DNA of 57,861 nucleotides, counting the filler, from Basidioascus undulatus (Eukaryota): NCBI GenBank assembly GCA_000826855.1. It is 5 parts of 5 records of this genome, joined end to end, with 100 filler letters (N's around TTAATTAATTAA, not from the genome) between each part and the next. Parts side by side here need not be neighbours in the genome. Positions count along the whole stretch, not along the records: positions 43,013 to 50,363 come from JTLS01001562.1; positions 50,464 to 57,861 come from JTLS01001563.1; 3 more parts are not named here. One strand, written 5' to 3'. This document shows, in pieces, positions 48,588 through 57,861 of this stretch. Every line of letters starts with the position of its first letter. The stretch's first letter is position 1. Made by a program: the position numbers and the translations under genes. The notes beneath the pieces were generated by a model. It saw only the letters and a list, made by a program, of their open reading frames with translations. It was not told where the DNA came from and ran no database searches.

Positions 48588-49610
48588 ATTACGTTGCTCA
48601 TGTTTGATTTATCGGGTTCTGGAGAGAGGTTGTCGAAGTATTTGGTTGAGTGTGAGTGAACTTCGCCTGAGAGGACGAACCAAGCGGCCCCTGGAAATGC
48701 AAGAGACTCTCAGCACGCCTGGACTGCAGTCGCTGGCCTTCATTGGGCATGATTGGATTGTTGATTCGCTCGTCCGGAAATGCATCAACCCGCGCGAGGC
48801 AAAAGATCCGTATACACTCCGGCATCCTAACTCCTCCGCTGGTCCCTCCGCCTGTCCCTCCACTGGTCCCTCTGCTGCCTTAGCTGCTCCTGCCGCGGCT
48901 GCCTTCGCCGCTCTCTCCGCTTGCCCTTCCGCCTGTTCCTCTTGCCCCTCCGCCACTACCTGCGCCTTCTCCGCCTTCACCTCGCTCTTGGATTCCGGCA
49001 ACACGGCCGGCTTGACGTCCCCTCTGCTTGCTCTTCACATTCTCCACCTTCACCTTCACGTCTTCCTCCCCCTCTCCCTCCACCCCATGCTCCCACTTCA
49101 CCCGCTTCGCTTCGATAGCGCGGATCCTCGCTTGCGCTCACACCCGTCATCAGACGCGCGTATCGAGCTAAGAAAATTGTGGAAGAAGAAACGCACGGAA
49201 ACCCGCTCGAACTCCCCCTCCGAGTGGATGAGGAGTCGGAGATGTCGATGCGCTGAGATTGGAAGACTATGCGGAAAACGCGGTCGGTCGGGGAAGACGA
49301 GAGTGATCTATCTGTCATCAGAATTTGGGCACGAATGAAGGAGCGGGTTCGAGTGAATGATTAGGGCTGAGACAGTCCCTCCGAGAAATTAGATGGCCGA
49401 CGCTTCCAGCGCTGAGCGCGGGCCACGAGGAGTGACACCGGATGTGAATCGCAGGAAAGAGGCGATGCGTGGGGTACGTGAGGCACCGAGCTCCAGACTC
49501 TCCATACGCGACGACATTTGAACCCGCCAATGGGAGCCGATAAAAGAATATGGTATATGCAGCACGAACGCCTAAAGACATAAAAAGACGCTCCAATCCC
49601 GGGTCATCTC

Positions 49611-50105
49611 TCATGAAGCCGCAACCGACGGGGCCTGCGTATTTCCAGTCAAGTCAGCGCACTGCCAGGAACGGGAAGAGGCAAGGGACAACGCACCGGG
49701 AAGTCGTACTCGATCCCCTGTGCCTCGAGCTTCTTCCTGCGCTGCTCCTCGCGCTTGTTGAGGCGCTTGAGGATCTTGGCTTTCTGGTCGTCGGTCTTCT
49801 CCTGCTCCCCAAAATGCCTCATAAGCGTCTCCTCCCGCAGCAAGCGAGGATGAAAAAGCAGGAAAGAGAAAGCAAGCAGACGAACAGCATTGTGCTTCAT
49901 CCTCTCCCTCCTCCCCTTGGGGACAGGGCGGTACTTCCGGTCTGCCCCGACCCAGAGGGCGTCGTCGATCTCGGACTCGGGGAGGACCTTGCACACCAGC
50001 AGCCGGTTCGCGATGAGGTAGTTGTCCATCGTGTCCGCGACGATTGCGGCGACGTCGGACGAGGAGAACTCGATGAAGGCGTAGTGCTTGGACGCGCCGG
50101 TCTGG
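49611..50105 (-). CDS. NOP15: Nop15/NIFK-like nucleolar RRM protein (60S biogenesis), 5' end lost
   Basis: TGASKHYAFIEF, VAAIVADTMDNYL, LWVGADRKYRPVP and RRKKLEAQGIEYDFP. Confidence 0.88.
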   Translation of the reverse strand, partial: PDRRVQALRLHRVLLVRRRRNRRGHDGQLPHREPAAGVQGPPRVRDRRRPLGRGRPEVPPCPQGEEGEDEAQCCSSACFLFPAFSSSLAAGGDAYEAFWGAGEDRRPESQDPQAPQQARGAAQEEARGTGDRVRLPGALSLASSRSWQCADLTGNTQAPSVAAS

Positions 50106-50363
50106 GCATCGGGCCGGGCAGTGCGTTAGTGACTGTCCGGCGGAAGAATAGAGCAGGAGAAAGAGGGAGTGGGGAGAGAGCGAGGCAGAGTGAGGCGGGA
50201 GGGAGGGACGGAAGAAGGAGCAAGTGGAAGAGGAGCGAGGAAGGAGAGGAGCGAGGAAGGAAAGGAGCGAGGGAGGAAGGGAACGAGGATGGGGAGAGGG
50301 ATGGCCGGGGAGGGCGGGGAGTGGGAAAGAGGGAGGAAGTTGGGAAGTGGAGAAGGGAGAAGG

Positions 50364-50463
50364 NNNNNNNNNNNNNNNNNNNNNNNNNNNNNNNNNNNNN
50401 NNNNNNNTTAATTAATTAANNNNNNNNNNNNNNNNNNNNNNNNNNNNNNNNNNNNNNNNNNNN
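50364..50463. other. Assembly spacer
   Basis: N-TTAATTAATTAA-N linker. Confidence 0.97.
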
Positions 50464-50763
50464 ACTCTTCGACGATCTCCGCCTCGACCAGGAATCGGTG
50501 GCGCGGCCCAGCCTGGTGCGGCTGGCGCGCCCGGTGCGCATCCCGCCGATGGAGTCATGCTGGACGGTGCGGGAGGCTTCGACAGCGTGGGCGACTTCTT
50601 CGATTTCCCTCTCGATTATTTCGAGAGCTTTCACAACCCCGCGGCAACGCAACATGCGCTGCCTCCGCCGCTGCCGCCGCCGACTGTGCACGACATTGGC
50701 GGGATCTCGGGCAGCGCGGCGCCGTCGCAGCCGCACGCAGCAGTCTGGCATGTGCCGGGGTGA
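50464..50763 (+). CDS. C-terminal fragment of an unidentified protein (acidic/aromatic patch resembling an activation domain)
   Basis: Open frame from the spacer: ...GAHPADGVMLDGAGGFDSVGDFFDFPLDYFESFHNP...WHVPG*; GC-rich coding-like composition. Confidence 0.45.
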   Translation, partial: TLRRSPPRPGIGGAAQPGAAGAPGAHPADGVMLDGAGGFDSVGDFFDFPLDYFESFHNPAATQHALPPPLPPPTVHDIGGISGSAAPSQPHAAVWHVPG

Positions 50764-52013
50764 GGGTTTGGCTAGAGGGGCGCGGGAAGGACTTGAAGCA
50801 GAGATTTGGACATTTGAGCGGAGGGGCGTCGCGGGAAGGGCGTCAAGTCAATGCGGCTTTTTTGTTCTTTCTGTTGTGTTGTGCATGAGAAGTCTTCTTT
50901 TAAGGACTACGAACATGAGTGCCATGCTAGCCACGGAGTGCGGGCCCGATTTCACGCCTATTAAAGTCGAAGCATCAAAGGTAGCCCGCGGACTTCCCTG
51001 TCTTTTCACCGGTAATCATCATGCGGGACAGGCTTCGATCCGCAAAATTGATTGTTCAACCCTCAGATGTCCCGCCGGGATGCCTCGAAGTGCACCGAAC
51101 TTGTATCTGGACCGAAGAAGTTTTGACTAAGATACATCTATGCTTTGCTGCGACAGCACAAGCCACCGGAAGTCGCCCTGGAGCAGCTTCAGCGCTGTTG
51201 CTGCATGTAACGCTGCACAAAGTCCCCTTCCCCCGGAAACTGGAGGAACGGTCCGAAGTATTTAGCGACCTCAACGCTAGGGGCCGCTGCTCCTGCCCGT
51301 TCCTTGTTTTTGAGGATGTAGCTCGAGCTGCAGGGTTTGGCAGTGAACGGTCTTCCGGGACAGGGAGAGCTCTTTTCTGGCTAAAAAAGGAACTCAAAAC
51401 AAGAGCATACCATTACCTACCCTCGCCCACCTTGCAGAAAAGCGCCCAGTAGACGCCAGAACTGCGCTGCCAGTGCATGCGTAGTACGTCGATAAAGCCC
51501 GACAGACTGTATCATAGGGACGGAAAGGTGACAAGGGGACAAGGGGAATGGGAAGAGCAGAAATGTATCAGAAAATCGAACCAAGAAGGATAAAAAAGGA
51601 CTACCGGGCCGAAAAGTAACGAAAGCCAGTCGAGAGGGATTTACGGGCAGCACGTTGCATGAGGTGCAGGTCACGTCCCAGCGGGAGCAGCCCATCTCAA
51701 CCCGAAGGGACAGACTGAATATGCATTTCTGCCATGCACCCCAACAGACAATGAAAATGTCTTGAACGTCGCTGAGAGATACCACCTTTCTCTCCGTGAC
51801 ACGGTCGAAGCGCAGCATGGAAACCCCGTGCTACGGCAAGAACGTGGAAACGCCGTTTGGTGTGCAACAACTTTGTTCAGTGCTGATTGTGATTTTAAGA
51901 AGCTCTGATGTATCATGCGCAGCGGACATGTGCGTGCCAGCGGGCTGACCTTCACTTGGTCGTGGGGTTGAGAGTGGTGGAAAATATGTTGCACAAACAT
52001 AAAAACCAACATC

Positions 52014-52096
52014 TCTTTGGTAGTATAGTGGCTAGTATATCCGCTTGTCATTTCACCTGACCGCGGGCGACCCGGGTTCAATTCCCGGCCAGAGAG
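52014..52096 (+). tRNA. tRNA-Asp(GTC) with 11-nt intron (52051-52061)
   Basis: Acceptor TCTTTGG/CCAGAGA, A-box TAGTATAGTGG, anticodon arm TCCGC-TTGTCA^C-GCGGG, T-arm CCGGG-TTCAATT-CCCGG, discriminator G, then a T-run terminator. Confidence 0.95.
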
Positions 52097-52574
52097 CTTC
52101 TTTTTGCCTCTGAAACCTTTGGCCAGGTTGAGCTGATTGCAGCCTTAATCATACCGGTTTCTGCGAACGACCGTCAGCGAGACAGTTACTCAAAATAATA
52201 ACAGCAGAATTAAGTAAAGTTGCGAACATTCCTTTCACTCAAGGCCTCACGGCCATTAAGCAGGCGGCGGGTCACGTCTGCGAATTCAGCAAAGCGCTCC
52301 AGAGCCCGAGTTCTCCGAGTAATTTACCCAGGCCGATGTTTCCGCGTGCATTCTCCAGCCAGACCAAGCTGGCACGTTTATAAAAACCAGTCACCAAGCG
52401 ACCGTGCTTTTATACGCGGCACAGATTGTCAAGAGGGTACAGCGGGTAGCATGCATTGAGCGTTTCTGACCGGCAGACGGCACGAATGTGATCAGAATTG
52501 CGGTAGGTATGTATCTCTTGGTATCAAATCAAGCAGCGCTCTATGAGCGTCCGGATATTCGTCCTCAGAACAGC

Positions 52575-54607
52575 TTAGTCGTCCTTGGCAGCCTGCACCT
52601 TGTCGCTGAACTCGGGGTGATCCTACGCACACGCCTGTCAGATGGAGTACTCGGAAAAGGCTTCGGGCGAAAGGGGAGCAGACCCACAGCCTGGAAGATG
52701 TCGTAGTCGAAGTCCTCCGACTGGTCGCAGATCTTCTTGGGCGGGTGCGCCACCGCCTTCTCCTCGAGCTCCTTGAACTCCTCGGGGGTGAGGTCGATGA
52801 CTGCGTGGATAGGAGTGCGTCAGCTTTCAATGTCCTATTGCTCCATCGTAGACATGAGACTCACGCTTCAGGTTGTTCTCGATCCGCGAGGGGGTGACGG
52901 ACTTGGGGAGCGGGACCGCGCCACGCTGGACCTGCCAGCTGATGAGCACGTTGGCGCCCTCAACGCCGTGCGCCTTGGCGATCTTGTCGACCTGTTGGCC
53001 GGGAGTGATAGGTGTCAGCCTGTGGACGTCTGAGCGTTCAAGTGAATCTAAAGAAGACGCACGACGTCAATGCCAGCCTGGCTCGCACCGGTAGAGCCGC
53101 TGTAATTGCGAATGGTTTGGGGTCAGAAACGAATACAGAGGGGATTTTGGGAACTGCGCACAGAGGAGAGTATGCCTCAGGCAGGATGTCGTGCTTGATC
53201 AACCAGCCGAGGAGCTCCGGCTGAGGGAACGCGAAAGAAAGCTCGATCTGGTCTTAGAGCGCAGGGCGAGGTCGCGTCAGTTTCAACAAGCGAGGTACTG
53301 AGCACTCCGCGTAGGACTTACTAACGACGGGCTTGATGCGGACGCCCTTCAGGAGCTCCTTCGTCCGGTGGATGTTGAAGTTGCTGATACCGATGCTCTT
53401 CACCAGGCCCTCGTTGACGAGCTGTCGTGACCACGAGTCCAGTCAACACCCTGCTATATGAGAAGAGCGAGCACCGAAGCCTCTGCACCTTCTCCAGCTC
53501 CTTCCAGACGGGAAGCGGGTCGTCGGACAGCGGGCGGTCAACGAGGGGCTTGCCGGTCTTGGGGTCCCTCTTGGGAGCAGTGGGCAACGAGCCGTCGGCC
53601 TTCTCCTCCGGCTCGAGGGCAACGTTCCTGCAGGCGTGTTTTTCGGTTAGCAACGCCCGTCACTTCACATGCTTATATACTGCCTGAAACTCACCAGTGC
53701 ATCTGAAGACGTGTCGATCGAGTTTAGCTGAATCCAGCACCTCTCCCAATGTGGCCAGCCAACTCACGAGGTACAGGTCAAGGTACTTGACGTCTGTCGG
53801 TACATTCGTCAGCTCCAGGCTATCACTGCGGACTAGATAAAACAAACGCACCAAGCTTCTTCAGGGTGTCCTCGACAGCCTGACGAACGCTGTAGATGGC
53901 TGCAAGTCAGCAATACTGCCTTTTCCTGCTGACGACTAATCGACAGCTACGGACTGCTTGTGGTGGAACTCGAAGAGCTGTCGATGCGGAATAGCCGTTA
54001 GCACAACAGTTCTACGCGCACAGGACTGCGCTGACGCTGCTGTTTCACCTTGGAAGTGATGAAGATCTCCTCACGGGCCACACCGCTGAGCTTGATACCC
54101 TCACCAACCTCGTCCTCGTTCCTGACAGCCACAAATGTTATTCTTCTGTGGCTCTCCGTCCCTCTGTACGGCCAGAAACGTACTGGTAGCCCCACGCACA
54201 GCTGTTGAACGTCACGCGTGCTTTAGCCCCTCAGCATTCGATGAGATCAACATAGGAAGACGCACTCGATGTGACGGTAGCCAGCTTTCAGGGCGTGCGC
54301 GACCGCATCGCGGACCTGACCCTTGCTGTTTCGCGGCCGGAAGACACAGATCAGCGTCCTCGTCAAATGAGAATCGAAAGAAGGTGAGTGTACGCACGGA
54401 GATTGCCACTATTCCGGTATGAACAAGTGTTTGGTCAGCTTATCTGCCAGCATGCCAGCTCAGAAGCATAGAGCGACGCACGGTACCGAGGCCGACCTGC
54501 AGGGCGAACAAGCATACGGTCAGCTTCTGGTCTCCTCCGACATCCCCAATGAGACTCACCGAAGGAATCTTCTGGCCGTTGTTCAAGGTGAAGTGAGAAG
54601 GTGCCAT
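52575..54607 (-). CDS. Aldo-keto reductase (Gcy1/Ypr1-like NADP(H) oxidoreductase)
   Basis: Spliced MAPSHFTLNNGQKIPSVGLGTWQSP...GYRHIDCAWGYQNEDEVG...IFITSK...YLDLYLMHW (D-Y-K-H tetrad), KSIGISNFN, EAYSPLG and VPLPKSVTPSRI. Confidence 0.93.
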
Positions 54608-55235
54608 TTTTGTGTTTGTCTATGTGGTTGATGGAGATAGGTAACGCAGGAGATGGTGAAGGAGGAAGGAAAAGAGCAAGAGCCGGCCGGGCAGACGACG
54701 ACGCCCTTGCGGCGCCTCGCTGGCCACTCCGATTCGGCTCGTGTGCTCGCCGCGGAGCTCCCTGTTTTGGGCTGCATGGACATCAGCCGGAGCTTCCAAA
54801 TGGGGTAATAGCGTATGGGTAAATAGGTAGAGGCGAGCAGCTGGAGCCGAGCATAATGACGCAGGCCGTGATGAGCCCGACATTAGCCGGCCCGGTGAGC
54901 CGTCTCTCCTTCTCCAACCTTCCTCCCGCGGCGAATATGGCAGTCGCTGTCGGTTTCATCCTTTATGCTAAGCTCGTACAACGCTCACCTTTGATAACTT
55001 CGGTGCACAGTGTCACACAAAGAACGGTAGATTTGTGCGAGCAAGCAGTGAAGCGAGAGAGGCAGCTGCGCCATGATGGTATCTTCTACGACCGTTCCCC
55101 CATCTCCCCCTCCCCAGAGCAAAGCAACATCAGAAAAGCAGAATATAAAGCAATGAGCTCGCACTGATACGGAAACAAATCAAAACAAGGAGCGTAAGTG
55201 CGAGCAAGAGTCCTCCCAAGCCGCAGAGCATGCAA

Positions 55236-57801
55236 TCAATCGTCCAACCCCCGCACCGCCGCGGCCCTTGCCCTACGCGTCCGTCGGACCGCGACCCAGA
55301 CGCTGAGGAGGAGGCTGAGCACGCCCGCGGCAGCCGTGAGGCGCAGCGTGGCGGCGTAGCACTCACGGCCTTCGAGGCAGGTCGCGCTGGACGCTGCACC
55401 GCTGCGGGGAAGGAGGGCGTCCGCCGCGGAGTAGAGGGCGAGCTCTTCTTGGCTTGGGGCGTGCGACTGCGCGGCGAAAACAGATTTGGGTGCATGCATG
55501 TCAGCGAGGCGGTGGAGGTAACGACGAGGGGGAAGGGGAACGCACGTCGTACTCCTTCCCGAAGAGGAGGTTGAACGTCGGCCCTGCGATGGCGGGGGAG
55601 AGGGAGACGAGCCCCCAGTTGAGGCTGAACCCCGAGACGCCCCACCACTCGAGTGTGAGGACGGGGAAGAGCCCGAAGAGCGCGCCGTAGGCGAACCCGA
55701 TAGACGCCGACGCGCCGTCGAGGTTCTCGGGCACTGAGGGGCGGGGCTGTGAGTGTGGCGAATGGGGCAATTGGGAGAGCGACGGAGATGGAGATGGGGG
55801 GGAGGGGGTGGACGAACGGGATACGGCTAGCGCGAGGAGCTGCGAGAGGACGAAGAGCCCCGAGACGACGCAAGCGAACCACGTCCTCTCCAGCGCCCAC
55901 CTGTTCCGCGCCTGGTCCGAGATCATCCCTTTTCCACGCGAAACAAATCCCAACCCCAATCTGCTGAGCATCGGCACAGTGCTCCAGCGTACGGGAGAAA
56001 GAAGGACAAGGGACGAACCGATCAGGACGCGCCCGGCGCAGTTCATGATGCTCACGATCGAGACTTGGCGGGCCTGCGCCTTCTCGACTGCGATGCGGTC
56101 GAACGCGGGTCGGTGGAACGCGAAGAGGGCTTGGGTGACGGCTGCGTGGCGGTCGACAGGTGAGACGGGTGAGGGGAAGGGAAAGGAAGGGGGAGGAAAC
56201 ACACATCCGACATTGTTGATCCCTGTTTGACAAATTCCAGTTCTTCATCAGTCCCGCAAGTTAACGAAGAAGCATGAAGGGCAAGACCTCAACGCACACA
56301 TCAGACCCGTGCCAGACACTGTTCGCCCCGCACCGCACGTCCCACGCTCATCAGCCTTCTCCCCCCTTCCGAAACAACAGGTGAAGCGAAAGCACGCAGC
56401 GAGACCACAACAAACATCAGCCAAAAGTCCGCCTCTCTCAACAAGCGTCTCCCGCTCTTCTCCCCCGCCCCCTCCTCCCGCGCCGCCTTATCGAAGAACG
56501 AGTTCCTCCTGTCCCTCGCCCTCAACCGCTTCGTCTCCTCGTCCTCGTCCTCCCCATCCTCACCCTCGCTTTCACCCTCCTCACTGCGGCTCCGGCTCGG
56601 AGCCGCAGCGGGCGGCTCCTCAAACAGCGGCTGGCGCTCCTCGACGCTCCCGCGCTCTGCGGCGGAGGGCGTCGAGGAGGCGTAGGAAGGGTGCACGACG
56701 CGCACGAGCGCCGCGCCGAGGAGCGCGGACGCAGACGTCCCCAGCGCGAGCGTGAGGAGGAAGTCGTCAGTGGATCCGGGGAAGGCGGTGTGCGCGAGGA
56801 AGGAGTAGAGAAACGCGGAGAGGCCGAACCCGGCGAGGACGACGCCGGCTGAACTGGCGCGCTGGGGAATTCCGCACGTTCATGTCAGTTAGGATATCCT
56901 CTTTGACGTAACGGGGGGGAGAAAGGGAGGGTGAGGGGATGAAAGGACCCACAGTCTTGTCGGAGAAGGACTTTGCGACTGCGTTCAGCGCAGCAGCGAG
57001 CGCGCCCGACCCGCCCATGCCCGTGAGCATGGAGAAGAACGAGACGGCCGTGACGCGGTGGTTGGCGGAGGAGAGATGCGATGCGTAGAAGGCGTGGATG
57101 CCCCAGTAGCCGGTGAAGAGGAGGAGGGCGCAGACGAGGAGGGGCCTACCGAGGGGGAGGGCGATGAGCGCAATGGGATCCTGATGAGAAGAAATATAGA
57201 AAGGTACGAGGAAGACACTCACAGCCTCGGTCCCCGCCCGTCTATCACAAGTCCCCATGCTGGCCCACTGCGACCGCCTCCGATCTCAGCCAACATGCCC
57301 AGCCTTCCTCCTCGTGCCATCAGGCTTGATAGCACACCTCAGATACACGCCCGCATTTCCAAACGCGCCTGTGTAATAGCCCCGGAGTTGGTGAGCTCTG
57401 CAGTTGCTGGGGGCGGGGGCGGAGGAACATACCGATAATGTTTGTCTCAGTCTGGGTGATGCTGAGACGCTCGCCGAGCTGAGGGGCATACGCTGGAAGA
57501 GGAATGTACTGAGTGCTGGAGAACGAAGAGAACAGAGAAAATCGATAGGTTATGCGTACCCGAGAACACCTACACAAGCGGGGCTCCAATGAGCTACGCG
57601 TCTTCGCCCGTGTCTTCCTCGCTGGCTCACTTACATAGTTGGTTCCCGCACTGCAGCCCTCCCTCCCTTATCAGCACCCTGCTAGACGCCTTTCCGAAGC
57701 AAGAATACATACGACAGCGTCACGACGACAGCGAACGTAAGCGTGGTCGCCCTCGCCGCGGACGGGCTCTGCTTGGGCAGGCGGAGCGAGAGCGCGCTCA
57801 T
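55236..57801 (-). CDS. MFS transporter, Mch1/nodulin-like
   Basis: AGTNY...AYAPQLGERL, GNAGVY, LNAVAKSF, LAGFGLSAF, QVSIVSIMNCAGRVLIG, GFAYGALFGLFP and FSLNWGLVSLSPAIAG. Confidence 0.88.
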
Positions 57802-57861
57802 GCCGGACCTGCAGCTGGCGCGTCGGGAGTGCGGCGGGGGCGGGAGCGGGTAGAGGGCGGG

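Noticed and set aside
50150..50363. Long purine-rich tract that might form triplex or G4 DNA
   Set aside because: It is the complement of a CT-rich NOP15 intron at a contig end; similar tracts occur in other introns here (e.g. 20390-20450).
27858..50463. Four identical N-TTAATTAATTAA-N elements resembling a dispersed repeat
   Set aside because: Fixed 100-nt six-frame-stop spacer added during assembly; not biological. Adjacency across them is not established.
8862..54607. Apparent glycerol/osmoregulation cluster (STL1-like porter, aquaglyceroporin, Gcy1-like reductase)
   Set aside because: The genes are far apart, interleaved with housekeeping genes and on different spacer-separated pieces.

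Overview
Eukaryotic, intron-rich fungal DNA with basidiomycete-like gene structure (introns ~50-70 nt, many microexons). It consists of five pieces joined by artificial N-TTAATTAATTAA-N spacers, so gene order across those spacers is unproven. Recognisable content: a multiply disrupted delta-9 fatty-acid desaturase (OLE1-type) pseudogene, an STL1-like sugar porter, a GPI-anchored chitin deacetylase, a nitronate monooxygenase ending in SKL, SAM decarboxylase (SPE2) flanked by two outward-facing F-box gene relics (one cut by a ~1 kb TIR element), an RBM18-like RRM protein, a bicupin oxalate decarboxylase-family enzyme, an aquaglyceroporin, PDCD5, a class I hydrophobin, a division-2 chitin synthase, a TBC Rab-GAP, two MFS transporters, Nop15, tRNA-Asp(GTC) and an aldo-keto reductase. 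The most unusual locus is SPE2. It has a hexapeptide uORF whose stop overlaps the start codon, an 11-nt microexon that only restores the conserved protein through a non-canonical GU-UG intron, and an oversized structured intron next to the autocleavage site with an in-frame alternative acceptor. All gene models were spliced by hand without tools, so exon boundaries and family assignments need computational confirmation.
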